Part shown: one piece after another, positions 42,208-55,200 of the stretch | Numbering within the stretch: the stretch's first letter is position 1 | Layout of the letters: each line of letters begins with the position of its first letter | DNA from: the human T2T-CHM13v2.0 reference genome, Homo sapiens | Assembly: GCA_009914755.4 (NCBI GenBank) | Contig: CP068257.2 | Location: 26,720,001 to 26,784,000, forward strand | Direction: 5' to 3' | DNA length: 64,000 nt | Position numbers and translations under genes: made by a program | Notes under the pieces: model-generated | Database searches by the model: none | What the model was told of the DNA's origin: nothing | Seen by the model: only the letters and a program-made list of their open reading frames with translations

Positions 42208-42544
42208 TGATATGGTTTGGCTATGTCCCCACCCAAATCTCATCTTGAATTCCCACATGTTGTGGGAGGGACCAGGTGGGAGATAATTGAATCATGGGGG
42301 CAGGTCTCTCCCATGCTGTTCTCAGGATAGTGAATAAGACTTATGAGATCTGATGATTATATAAAGGGGAGTTTCCCTGCACAAGCTCTCTTCTCTTGTC
42401 TGCCACCACATGAGATGTGCCTTTCACCTTCCACCATGACTGTGACGTGTCCCCAACACATGGAACTTTAAGTCCATTAAACCTTTTATCTTCCCAGTCT
42501 TGGGTATGTCTTTATCAGCAGCATGAAAATAGACTACTACAATG
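42208..42544 (+). mobile_element. MST/THE1-type LTR (copy 1)
   Basis: 'tgatatggtttggctatgtccccacccaaatctcatcttgaattcccacatgttgtgggagggaccaggtgggagataattgaatcatggggg...tctttatcagcagcatgaaaatagactactaca'. Confidence 0.85.
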
Positions 42545-42554
42545 TCTTAGAATC

Positions 42555-42912
42555 TGATATGGTTTGACTCTGTCCCCACCCAAATCTCATCTTGAATTGT
42601 AGCTCCCAGAATTCCCATGTGTCATGGGAGGGACCCTGTGGGAGGTAATTGAATCATGGGGTTGGGTCTTTCCCATGCTGTTCTCATGATATTGAATCAG
42701 TCTCAGGAGATCTGATAGTTTTATAAATGAGAGATCCCCTACACAAGCTCTCTTGCCTGCTGCCATGTAAGAGGTGACTTTGCTCCTCATTTGCCTTGAT
42801 TGTGAGGCCTCCCTAGACATGTGGAACTGTGAGACAATTAAACAACTTTCCTTTATAAACTACCCAGTGTCAGGTATGTCTTTATTAGCAGTGTGAGAAC
42901 AGACTAATACAG
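42555..42912 (+). mobile_element. MST/THE1-type LTR (copy 2, 10 bp downstream of copy 1)
   Basis: 'tgatatggtttgactctgtccccacccaaatctcatcttgaattgtagctcccagaattcccatgtgtcatgggagggaccctgtgggaggtaattgaatcatgggg...ttagcagtgtgagaacagactaatacag'. Confidence 0.85.
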
Positions 42913-45039
42913 AATCCTATTATATTTAAAATTTGCTTTAGAATATGCTAAAAAGATATATATGTGATGGGCTACCAAATATTATCTGTACAATGATTTA
43001 TTTCTCCCTTTGCAGCAAAAGTTTAAGCACCAGAAAACTAAAAACTCTGAAGCACAGCATTCAAATAAAATAATCTCAGGCAATTCAGGTTTCTGTGGGG
43101 TCCTCCACAAAGCCAAAAATCTTTCAACAGTGCTGTGGTCTGAGGACAGACATGTTTCGCTTAATACCTTTGTGGTTAATATGACTTTTAATAAAATTCT
43201 CCAAAATTATTTCTCCAGAATTAGGTAATATAAATAAAAGAGGCAAAGGCTGGGTTGCAAGTTGACCATTACATCATTCATTTCACCATTGTTACACAAA
43301 TATTTCTTGACCTCATTTATTTCATAGAATGTACAAGTGAATTTTTGTAACATGTAGGTTACATTTCACCAATCTATTAAACAAGTAAATATTCATATTT
43401 GAATGTATGATTGTGCTAAGAAGGGGAAAACTGCATAATTTTCTAAATTCAGAAGAAAGTAAAACTAACATTAAAAGAAAAGTATTTAAAACTAACATTA
43501 AATGTAAGATATTTATCTGAAATATTTCAAATGGATTAAAAATTACATAATAAATAGCATACCATATATTTCAATTTGGCTGTATTTAAAAAAAAGAGAA
43601 CCCAAAATAACTTTCAAATTTTTAAATTAAAAAAATTATATTTGGAATATTCTGGAGAGAGGTATACTTCTCTAAATGCCTTAGTAATTCTTGTTTGTGT
43701 AACCAAGAGATAAGAGAAAATCTAAACAAACTCCACTCAGATTTTACAGTAAAAGCCTGATTGTATAGCTGTTTGTTTATTGAGATAGGTGGGTGATAGA
43801 TTGGTGATAGGTAGCTATATAGATAAAGAGGATAAGTCATCTTAAAACCTGATAAATACCATGAACTTAATCCCTATAAACCAATAAATTATACAATATA
43901 TGTCTTCAAAATAGAAATTTAACCTTATCTGACCCACTTATGAGCAAAATTTTCTGGAGCCCTCCACTGAGTTGCTTCATCTCCATACTTTTCTTGTAGC
44001 TACTAAATAAACTAAAGTATTTTAACTTCTGTTGTTCAACAGGGAATAATTAATCTGAGATCCTTGAGGCTATTCCACTCAGCCCTCTAAACATACCTGT
44101 GGCACATAAAATGGCCACGACCAAAGATAAAGACCATGGGCTTCTTCCTCTTGTTTCTCTCTTAACCTAAAGAAGCAAAGACACACCTACTCATGCCATA
44201 TTTGACCCTTTGTTAGCTCATTCTCCTAAGCAGAGCAGTCACTGGTCAGATTAAAAGAGCCAGGATGACCATTTGGACCTGATTTTACTGGGAGGGGAGA
44301 GGGGCAAAGAAGGGAGTTGCTGTTCCCTAAAATGAGGAACCCCTCAGCCTTCGCATTTTCCTCTTGAGTCCCACAAAGGAGCAGCAACTTTACCCACAAC
44401 GTTAGTGAGAGGAGGCCTAGCTATTCTTCTTCTTATTCTGTACCAATCCTCCACATATTTCCACATTAGAAAATATTCCTAGCATTTCTGGGCAGGCTGA
44501 GACTCTCCTCTTGGGCTCCTAGCTATTCGCACAATAGAACATACTGGCAACCTCTTACTCACAGTTTATAATACAATTCACAAAAAAGCCCACCATGTTA
44601 TTATTGCATAAATTTCTTACAAAAGCTAAACAATATTTTTACTTCTACTTGGTTAAACTATTTTACCTGCATCTACACTGTAATATTTTAAATATCTTAA
44701 GTTACATTTCATTACTTTTTATCACAGCACCTATGTAACTCAGAATAACTGTTGGAAATACGAAGTATAGTTTCCTTCTTAATCCCCAAAACTCACCCCA
44801 CCTTTTCTGCAGGTTCTGAATCAAAGAGTGCCGTTTGGACCGAAAGGCCTGTGCCAGGCTTCCACACCATCTGCTTCTTAATGTAAAATAGCTCAGCTGC
44901 AGAGCAGAGTGAGCTTGACGTAACCACAGCATCTGAGGGCCCACGGCCTCTGAGACAGTGAGAATAGCACAAAGAGGTCAAGCAAAGTGTCAAGGCTGAC
45001 ACCGAAAGAGCCTCATTTTTTTTTCTAGATAAAAATCAC

Positions 45040-45377
45040 GGCCAGGCGCGGTGGCTCACGCCTGTAATCCCAGCACTTTGGGAGGCCGAGGTGGGCGGAT
45101 CATGAGGTCAGGAGATCCAGACCACCCTGGCTAACACGGTGAAACCCCGTCTCTACTAAAAAATACAAAAAATTAGCCGGGCATGGCGGTGGCGGGCGCC
45201 TGTAGTCCCAGCTACTGGGGCGGCTGAGGCAGGAGAATGGCGTCAGCCCGGGAGGCGGAGCTTGCAGTGAGCCGAGATCGTGCTACCGCACTCCAGCCTG
45301 GGCTACAGAGCGAGACTCCGTCCAAAAAAAAATAAAAAATAAAAATAAATAAAAGTTAAAAATAAAAATAAATCACA
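45040..45377 (+). mobile_element. AluY-like SINE with A-rich tail and TSD 'aaaaatcac'
   Basis: 'ggccaggcgcggtggctcacgcctgtaatcccagcactttgggaggccgaggtgggcggatcatgaggtcaggagatc...gagcgagactccgtccaaaaaaaaataaaaaataaaaataaat'. Many CpGs are retained. Flanks 'aaaaatcac' (45031-45039) and 'aaataaatcac' (45366-45377). Confidence 0.9.
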
Positions 45378-45699
45378 ACCATAGGTTGCCAAATTAATAT
45401 TTTTAAAAAAGATTAAAAATTTTAGTTGCTTATTAAGACAGCATAGATGGTGAGTGAACTAATTATTTAGATTATTTTGCCAAGTTACAGCCAGTTACAG
45501 ATGAAGAAACAGCTCCTGTTTTTAGATAAACCTCACCCTCAGAGTGTAAAATATTTATATGAGCATGATACAGAATATCATGAGTCATTTTACGTTTATA
45601 AAGGAAAATGCCAACTCATTTCCAATGCCAGCAACTTTTTCTAAAGGTTAGGATTGTCTCTAACCAATTACAAAAAACTAATAAGCCAAGCTCAGATAG

Positions 45700-46095
45700 A
45701 GAAAGACCACAGTATCTCACTTATGTGGAATATTTAAAAAGTAGAATTCACAGAAACAGAGAGTAAAGTGGTTGCCAGAGGCTGGGGGCTAGAGGAGCTG
45801 GGAAAGTGTTGGTCAAAGCACATGGAATTTCAGTTAGATGGGATAAATAAGTTCAAGAAATCTATTGTACATCATAGGGATTACAGTTAATAACAGTACA
45901 TCGTATACGTAAAAATTCCTGAGAGTAGATTTTAAGTATTCTCACCACAACAAAATAAGTATGTGAGACAATGCATGTGTGAAATATCTTCACTTAGCCC
46001 TTCCATTATGCATACATATATCAAAAAAATCATGTTGTATGCCATCAATATATATTATTTTACTTGTCAGTTTGAAAAATCAATTTTAAAAGCTA
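45700..46095 (+). mobile_element. LINE-1 3'-end fragment (L1PB/L1MA-like)
   Basis: '...gtatctcacttatgtggaatatttaaaaagtagaattcacagaaacagagagtaaagtggttgccagaggctggggg...tctattgtacatcatagggattacagttaataacagtacatcgtatac...gagtagattttaagtattctcaccacaacaaaataagtatgtgag...tatatcaaaaaaatcatgttgtatgccatcaatatatattattttacttgtcag'. Confidence 0.8.
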
Positions 46096-46954
46096 ATTAT
46101 TCAGGACAAACACTTTTTTTTTTAGAATAATTACGTTGGGAGATCACCATGCCATCTTTTAGAAGCAGTTTAAATCTCAGTGGAAAACAAAAGTACTTAT
46201 TAGATATATCCTTGTAGCACACCATGCTTGCATACAACTTAGAGGAACATCATTGCTCAGGCTGTCTAAATAAATGACACATAGAAAAGGGATAAAGTTA
46301 GGATATAGAAATATACAGAAAAGCAGAGGCCGATGGGGAGGTGGGGTCAGGCTTAAGGGTTTGCAACTAATTTTTATGAATACAAAAATTTTGGACAGAA
46401 ACAAATTCATGTTTCTTTCTTAAATATCAAGAGAAAAGGAGTATCTGTTTGTTATTTTTCTCTCAAAACATATTTTTTACAGTCTGTAATAGTTTTGGTA
46501 TGAGAGCCATCTTACATAATTTAAATAAATTTAAATTAAATCTTTTTTAAAAAATGGGAACAAAGAGAGAACAAAAGGGCAGTCATTTCTTAGAGAAATC
46601 TTGGTTTATTTTGCATTATTATTTTTCCAGAAAAATTATTAATAAAATATGCAATATGGAAAATAGTGATAAATCAGATCAATAAATCAAGATGCATCAA
46701 GATTCCACTGGTACTAGACTCTGTGTGGGTGTAGTGCACTGGAAAGGTGGAATTATGGAACATTTTTTAAAAGCAACTGTCCACGTGTAATTATTACAAT
46801 TAATGGGTAAAGAAATAGGCACGAGAAAAAGTGAGGCATTGTGTGAGATAAAGGAGATGAGGAATCCCAAGAATGTCACCAGAGACAGATTTTGCTTTTT
46901 AAATATTAAACATGGAAAAATTCATTCTTAGATTGCCCCATTTAGATGGTCATA

Positions 46955-47460
46955 TTAGTTTCCTATTGCTGTGGGTACCAACCACTGCAAACTTGGTGGC
47001 TTAAAACAATAGACATTTATTACCTTGTAGTTCTAGAAGTCAGAAGTTCAAAATGGGTTTCACTGGACTAAAACCAAGATGTTAGCAGGGCTGGTTCCTT
47101 TCAAAGGCTCTAAGGGAGAATTTGTTCCCATTCTTTTCCCAGCTTCTAAAAGTTACCTGCATTCCTTAAATAGTTCATTTGACCTTCATTCCTTGAAGAT
47201 CTTCATCAAAGCCAGCAGCATAGCATCTTCCAGTCTCTTTCAGACTCGGACCCTCTTGCCTCTCTCTTATAACAGCCTTGTGATTGCACTGGGCTCACGT
47301 GGATAATCCAAGATAATCTTTCCATCTCAAGATCCTTAACTTAATCACATCTGCAAAATCCCTTTTGCCATGCAAGGTAACATATTTACAAGTATAGGGG
47401 ATTAGCTCATGGACACCTTTGGGAGGGAGGGGCATTAATCTCCTATCACAATTGTGGACT
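46955..47460 (+). mobile_element. MLT1-type LTR (ERVL-MaLR)
   Basis: 'ctgcaaacttggtggcttaaaacaatagacatttattaccttgtagttctagaagtcagaagttcaaaatgggtttcactggactaaaaccaagatgttagcagggctggttcc...ggataatccaagataatctttccatctcaagatccttaacttaatcacatctgcaaaatcccttttgccatgcaaggtaacatatttacaagtatagggg'. Confidence 0.85.
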
Positions 47461-48234
47461 CGCATTTTGCTTTGGTTAAAATACTCTCCCAATTTGGAAG
47501 CTACTGAGCATGTTGATGCTAAAATTAATATTCCAACCTCTAGGCAAAATATTTCTCAACTGCATGGAAAGGGCTCACATGGATGATGTATTTTATTTTG
47601 GACACTTGGTTGCAGTCTAAATGAAATTAAGTTGAAAGTGGTAGCCACTCTGTGGCTGAGATGTGATTAAAGGAGTGAGATAAGACAAACACAGAAGAAT
47701 CCTGTACACACAAAAATAGATTCAGCCACAGCAAGCCCTGCTGGCATGGTGAAAAGACAATCTATACATAGACTAAATGTAAAATGAAAATTCACACAGA
47801 AGTAGTAGCTATCATGTGTACTTGACCTCTCAGGTGAAATAGAAGAATTAATATAAATCACACAAGACATTTAAAAGTGTATTCAGTCAAAACTTACATG
47901 GGTTTAGGAAATTATTTTGTAATGTGAATGAGTGATATCCCAAAGTATGTTCTCACCCCAATGTCCAGGAATTGTGGATTTTATTTGAATATGGATATCC
48001 GTGGCATACATCCAAGCAAATGGAAACTCTCTGGAAGAAATAAAACTAGACATTTCTGTCCCTCTTATCATAGCAAAGAACTTCTGCTCTAAACAAAAGC
48101 CCTGATAATTCTTTTCAAATATCTGCATTAGACATGATAACAGTCTATACAAACAATGAATTAATTGTAAGATCTGCATGCAAGGATAGGAATATTTTAT
48201 TCTAAACTTGGCTAAGCCACTTTGGTAGAGGTAG

Positions 48235-48600
48235 GTCACTGTCTTCGTTACCTATTGCTACATAACAAATTGCCCCCAAAACTTAGTGGCTTAAATCAAC
48301 AAACATTTTTATCTCACGGTTTCTATGGATTAAGAATATGGAAGCAACCTAGCTAGGTAGCATCTCATGACTCTGCAATCAAGATGTCAGCTAGAGCAGC
48401 TGCAGTCATGTCAAGGCTCATGTGACAAAGGGTCCACTTCCGAGCTCACTCAGTTGTTGGGAGAACTCAGAAGATTTGCTTCTGACCTCTTTCCTGGGCT
48501 TCTCAACATGACTGTCCCATGATGTGGACACTGACTTTCTCCAAAGAGAACCATGCAAGAGATGGCAAAAGCACATTCATGATGGAAGCCACAGGTTTTT
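48235..48600 (+). mobile_element. MaLR-type LTR (MLT1-like)
   Basis: 'cgttacctattgctacataacaaattgcccccaaaacttagtggcttaaatcaacaaacatttttatctcacggtttctatggattaagaat...'. Confidence 0.6.
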
Positions 48601-49032
48601 TTTAATAACTTAATCTCAGAAGTGACACCCATCACTGCTACCACATTCTACAGTTTATTCTTGAACAATATGAGTTTGAACTGCATGGATTCACTTATAC
48701 ATGGATTTTCTCCTGCCTCTATCACCCCTAAGACAAGAAGACCAAATCTTCCTTTTCATTCTCCTCCTCAGCCTACTCAATGTGAAGATGACAAGGATGA
48801 AGACCTTTATGATGCTCCACTTCCACTTAATAAATAGTAAATATATGTTTTCTTCCTTGTGATTTTCTTAGCATTTTCTTTTCTGTAACTTACTTTATTG
48901 TAAGAATACGGTATATAATACATATGACATACAAACAAGCGCTAACCGACTGTTTATGTTATGAGTAAGGCTTCCACTCAACAGTAGGCTGTAGTAGTTA
49001 ACTGTTGGGGAAGTTAAAAATTATACAAAGAT

Positions 49033-49317
49033 GGCCAGGTGCGGTGGCTCAACACCTGTAATCCCAGCACTTTGGGAGGCCAAGGCGGGCAGATCACGAG
49101 GTCAGGAGATCGAGACCATCCTGGCTAACATGGTGAAACCCGTCTCTAGTAAAAATACAAAAAAAAAAAAATTAGCCGGGCATGGTGGCGGGCGCCTGTA
49201 GTCCCAACTACCGGTGGCTGAGGCAGGAGAATAGCTGAACCTGGAGGGCAGAGCTTGCAGTGAGCCGAGAACGCACCACTGCACTCCAGCCTGGGCAACA
49301 GAGCAAGACTCTGTCTC

Positions 49318-49354
<37 letters not shown>

Positions 49355-49365
49355 CACAAAGATTT
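49033..49365 (+). mobile_element. Alu SINE with poly-A + (TA)n tail and perfect 8-bp TSD 'acaaagat'
   Basis: 'ggccaggtgcggtggctcaacacctgtaatcccagcactttgggaggccaaggcgggcagatcacgaggtcaggagatcgagaccatcctggctaacatggtgaaacc...'. TSD at 49025-49032 and 49357-49364. Confidence 0.9.
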
Positions 49366-49440
49366 TTTGACTGTGCAGGGGATCAACACCTCTAACTCCC
49401 ATGTTGTTCAAGGGTCAATTCTATTTATTAGTAGTGAGGT

Positions 49441-49803
49441 AATGTATTAGTCCATTTCCTTGCTGCTAATAAAGACATACCCAAGACTGGGTAGTTTATA
49501 CAGTAAAAGAAGTTTAATGGACTCACAGTTCTGTGTGGCTTGGGAGGCCTCACAATCATGGCAGAAGGCAAAAGGCACATCTTACATGGTGGCAGGGAAG
49601 GGAGAATGAGAACCAAGTGAAAGGGCAAATCCCTTGTAAAATCATCAGATCTTGTGAGGCTTATTTACTACCACAAGAATAGTATGGGAGAAAAGCCCCC
49701 ATGATTCAATTATCTCCCACTGGGTCCCTCCCATGACAGGTTGGAATTATGGGAGCTGCAATTTAAGATGAGATTTGGGTGGGGACACAGCCAAACCATA
49801 TCA
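49441..49803 (-). mobile_element. MST/THE1-type LTR (ERVL-MaLR), antisense
   Basis: RC of the MST consensus: '...aatgtattagtccatttccttgctgctaataaagacatacccaagactgggtagtttat...gagatttgggtggggacacagccaaaccatatca'. Confidence 0.85.
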
Positions 49804-50883
49804 GGTAACATACCCTAGCCCATATTCAACAAGTAGGAATTCTACAAAGTCACAAACACCAGGAGGTAGGAAATGTCACAGACCACCTCAGAGACTGCCT
49901 GCTGTAGTCACCTGGGAAAACTCTCCTCCTAAATTAACTTTCCTAAGGAAGTCATCGTGCTTATACTTTGGTATTGGATCATTTTAAAGCTAATTTCCTA
50001 AAGACTAATGTGTATGTCTATAAAAGGTAAACAAAGCCAGACACTACAGTGGTAAAGACAAATTTGTAATCAGTAATATACTATTGCCGCACAGAAGAGT
50101 GTCCAGTGTAGGCTGAACTCAACTTTGATTTGTGCAGAGGTAACTGAGCATTTTAAAGGGAGAATGGGAAGGTTGACAAGGGGTCTAGTAGCCTATCAGT
50201 AGAGTCAGAAGTGAAAAATTACTGAGACTTGGTCACTAAATGTCAATTAAACCAGCTGTATCTGTTGGCTGCAAATTGCCCAAGTTAGAATTCTCTCCTG
50301 TCACAGAGACTGGGAGTCAGAGACCCTTTCCTCTTCCTAATTGTTACATATTAAAGGAATGGCTTTCAAGTCCTTGAAAAACACACTTCTGTGTTGTAGG
50401 AGATACATATACATCTCAAAGGGATGGATGAAAGATTCACAATCATGAACAGTTTTTAGAAAATGCTTGAAAAGAATTGTCAGAGCTCTATAATCAGGTG
50501 TTGGCTATGACAGTCAATTCTTTTGGCAGCCTTGAACTTTCTCAGGTAGGCTCTGTAAGGGGACTGGGATCATCCTAGAGATGCAACCTTGAAATGTTAG
50601 AAACTATGCTAGTGTTTGTTTCAGCCTTTTAATGCCAGAGGATGGGACAGACAGACAAAATCATCTATGCTGAGAGTTTTTATAGGCCAAGATCAAGAGT
50701 TTTTATAGCCAAGAGGAAGGCCCAATGGAGACTACCTAGAGTTTGGTCAAAGGAATAATCTTTGTCATGTCCATATTATGACACTTTAAGCCCATTCATT
50801 CTCTATTGGGCCTCAGTTACCAAGTGCATTAATATGCAAGTTCAGTGGTACCTGAGTCAGTACTGGTGAAGACAGGCATCCGT

Positions 50884-51363
50884 TCATGCTACTCGGTTCT
50901 CCACCTGTGACTGGAATTCCTCAGCTAATTTATCACCTTCTTCCTTGCTCGTGGGTTGGCTGATCATGGGCCTTGTCGCCTGTTGGTCCCCCAAATGTAG
51001 AATCAATTTGTCTGCCAGCTTGGCTAGATGTAGAAGCCAGCTGGCTATGCTGACTATTCTCAGGACCAGGGAGAACCCAAAGAACAGCCCCTCCAGGACA
51101 GCCAGCCAGGCCCCAGCAAACCAGCCAGAAATTTCTGAAAACTTCCAGAGCTGGTCAGCTATGCTTGACATCTGTGTTCCAGAGCCGGGGACCCTCATTC
51201 CAAACTCACAGGGCCAACTCTTGCTATAATATGTAGCTTTTATTTTCCATTTGCACTCTTCTTCTGATATTTTTGCATGTTCAGGGCTGGTCAATCTTAG
51301 TAGAAAGAAACACTTTGTTATGTTCAAACTTTTCAAGCAGACATTGTTCAGTGCATTTTCCAA
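50884..51363 (-). other. Unannotated ORF (159 aa; core 95 aa from an internal Met) in a local GC-rich island; predicted single TM helix
   Basis: Minus-strand ORF from the track. The GC-rich portion 50884-51190 encodes MSSIADQLWKFSEISGWFAGAWLAVLEGLFFGFSLVLRIVSIASWLLHLAKLADKLILHLGDQQATRPMISQPTSKEEGDKLAEEFQSQVENRVA*, with a hydrophobic stretch GAWLAVLEGLFFGFSLVLRIVSIASWLL. I have no recognised homolog. Coding status unproven. Confidence 0.2.
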
Positions 51364-51872
51364 ACCAGAAGGTACTAATTAAAAGCACTTCGGTAAGATT
51401 CTGGATTTTCCAGTACTCAGTTCCCCAAACTGAACGGGAACACATACAGGAAAACATTCATTTATTAAAAAGTTGAAGTACTATGTGATAGAATGAAATG
51501 TAGTGGAATCACCAATAGCAGGTCTATTATCTTTGATGTCAATATTTCTAATATTTTCCATAACATGTATCACAAATAGCTGAGTCTTTTTTTTTAAATA
51601 TCACAAATATCACAAATAGCTGAGTCTTTTTTATTTTAAGCCCTTCCAGTGCTTATAGTAAGTAGTCTTTTTAGAAAAAAATCAAGTTTTCAGTGACTTT
51701 TATAAACTTTGGGACAAAATGGTTATGCAATGTAACAATAATACCAATGTTGAAGCACTGTCTTTTAAAAAAATATTTCATTGATAAATAAAAGTTGTGT
51801 ATATTCAAAGTGCACAGCGTGATGACTTGACATATTGTATATATTGTGTACTGACTACCACTATTAAAATAA

Positions 51873-52261
<389 letters not shown>

Positions 52262-55200
52262 TAATATTGTTAACTACAGTCACCATGCTGTACTTTAGAC
52301 CCCCAGAATGCATACATCTTAAGACTGGAAATTTGTATTCTTTGACCAATATCTCCTCATTTCTCTACACCCCAGCCCATGGAAACCATCATTCTACTCT
52401 TGAAGCACTGTATATTAAATGTCACCTGAGGCCTGTTTCCAGTTATCTCCGAGCTTCAATTTACTTGTCTTTGAATTTATGTTAATGTTCCCCTTCTCTC
52501 TCTGGGTTGATGTGAGAAGGGAAATGAAATCACATACATGAAAGCTCCTAGCACAATGTCTGTTCTATAATAAATGTAAAATTAATATTTGTTTTTCTGG
52601 TTGGAAGGTTATAATTTTTTAAATTATAGATGTTTCTTCAGAAGGAATAGAAGAAAAAATGTTAGGTCTTTGCATGTCTTAATCTACAAACTGTCACCCC
52701 AAGACAGCTTTGTACTCAAAATGTGAATTTAGTCCCTTTAGATGATGAGTTGAGGGGAGGGTGAGTTGTTTGTTTTTGATCCCTTGTTGAATGGATAGTC
52801 AACCTAAAACCACAGTTCTTACTTGAGTGTCTCCCATAGACACTAGCAGAAAATAATTATTTTATGCCTTCACTGTGATAAGATTTGATATCTCTTTTAT
52901 GAGAGATCTTAAATGCCTATATTTTCTGGAGGCCGTTAATCCATTTTATTCTTTTTCTGTTGCAACAGACTGATGTTGGCAGTATCTCTAAAAACAATGA
53001 AAGAGGGGAAGGTTTTCGACTAATTAAATATGTTGGATGCTTACTATATATTCACAACATGGTCTTAAATGAAATGGGCAATAATATATTTGGATTAAAA
53101 AGAAAAGAGAAGCAAAAATAATTTAGAGAGTTGAACAGAAGTGCGCTAGAGGAAATGCCAAATACACGTTCAGGGACTGAGATTAGGCAATTCAGGCTGA
53201 AACACATGGATTATGTATAAGAGTAAATGACAACATGCTTCCTCATTTAGCTATCAACTGTCATCTCACTGGCCGTTCACTTCCAGGCAAGAGCTCTGCC
53301 AGATTTCTCAAATGAATTTTCTACACCCATTACATCTGTTTCCTCTCCACCTACTTTCCCCTTTACCCCATGTAATTTGCTTTCCATTTCCAACAATGTG
53401 CCAAGTGCATGCTTGCAAAGTTCACTAATGACTATATTATTGCCAAAACAGGTGACCTTCTCTCTTCTTTTGTCTTTTATTCTACAGGACATCTCCAGTG
53501 CATTTGACACTTTCTCTTAATATTTTTTCTTACCTACAGTCTTAATCTTTTGCCTTAGTTTCTCTATGTTTTCTAACCATTTCTAGTTATTTTTCCTCAT
53601 TTTCTTCCCCAGAAACATCTCTGTGCATTACTCAACTCAAAAGGTCTGTTCCTCAGACCCTATCTCCATATATTTTCTGCCCTGGAATGCAGCCATACTC
53701 CAAGCCTTGACTATCCCTTATCAAATGTCGCTTTTCTATGCTGCTGGCCCATTTTCACAGGAATGTGCAGCGCCCTCACATTAACCCTGCATGTTCTATC
53801 CCCACCATCTCTTCTCCTCTCAAATGTGACAGTCTTCTCACATGCACCAGCCACCCTCAACCATCTAGCCTATGTGCAGTTCCCATAGTTAATAAAAAAT
53901 CTGCTAGTTAATTCATGTTCTCTCACATTGCACAGACTTTTTGCATATACTTCCCTCCACCTGGAATGACCTTCCTATCCTGTGAGACTTTTTAATATCT
54001 GCCAGTCTTCCAAGACTCTGCTAAAGTCCTTAATAAGTATTTCCTACCTCCCTATTTTAAGGCAAATGCTCCTCTTCCTTCTGTTTTAAGAGTTGATTTT
54101 GGAGGTTTAGTCTCCTGTTTCTTTCAGGTTGTGAATACTTTAAAAAGACAGTCACTATTTATCTCTTTCCTCTGCTTCCAATGCCCAGCATAATTTGTAA
54201 CCCACCACACTTAATCAAAACCTCCTTGTTCAATGAAAACATGAATAAAGCAAGCCAGGCAGTTGCCAGGTCTGCCTCTCTGGTGAGTTCTCTAGTCTTA
54301 GGTGTGTAACTGATTCCTTGGCATGTCCATCTCCACTCATCTCAAATCCAGTACTTTCAATACTTGAAACAATACCTCAGTTTACAATGGAGATCTCCCA
54401 ATTTAAAGCTTATTCTCTAAGAATTTCCCATTGAAACCAGGATTTTCTCCTCTGTTAGACTGTAAGCTTCTTACGTGACTATTGCATTTCCCCTAGAACT
54501 AAATAATTCTTAACCCATGTATGTGCATAAGTTTGGACTAAATGAAAGGTTAAATAGTAAATACAAATACTGGAAATGTAACTTGGAGCCAGTTGGTAGG
54601 AAACTAAAACCAAATGTTGGCTCTGCCTAGAAGACTTTCTACTTGGTCTTTGTCAAAATCCTTCTCCAGTGTCAATTCCTCCGTTAAACTCTTCCTCAGG
54701 TTCCACTTCGCAGATGGTACTTGGGAGATCTGTTATTACAGTGGTTTTGAATGTGCTTTTGCCCACTCCTTCCCCCCACCATCTCCCAACAGTAAGGTAG
54801 CTGAGGTCACAACTTCCTATTGCTTTTAGAAAAATACCTTGCCCAGACTGGACATTTGTAGCTATTTGGCTGAACTGAGGCACCAAGAGCTGGGACCCAC
54901 AGACTTCATCAGAGGTGTTAAGAGTTCAAGAGAAGTGATCGGGTACGCAGAGAGCTAGTCAGCAATAGAGAAGCCCCAAAAAGCTGACAGCTTATTTCAC
55001 AAGTCTTTGCCCCTTTCAGAAAAGGAAAAGACAGCTCTGGAATGTTCTAAGTGACCATTTCTTTTCACAGGAACCCTCACCATTATCCACTCCAAAAGGG
55101 CCAGATAAAAAGCTGGACTCTGCCAAGCACCCTCAAATCCAGTTACATGACTAAACCGTTAAACAGACATCCTGATTCAAAGGCCCGGGGTAACTTGCCC

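Noticed and set aside
51480-51660. Direct duplication 'atcacaaatagctgagtctttttt' x2
   Set aside because: A single short local duplication, likely replication slippage. It is too small to interpret.
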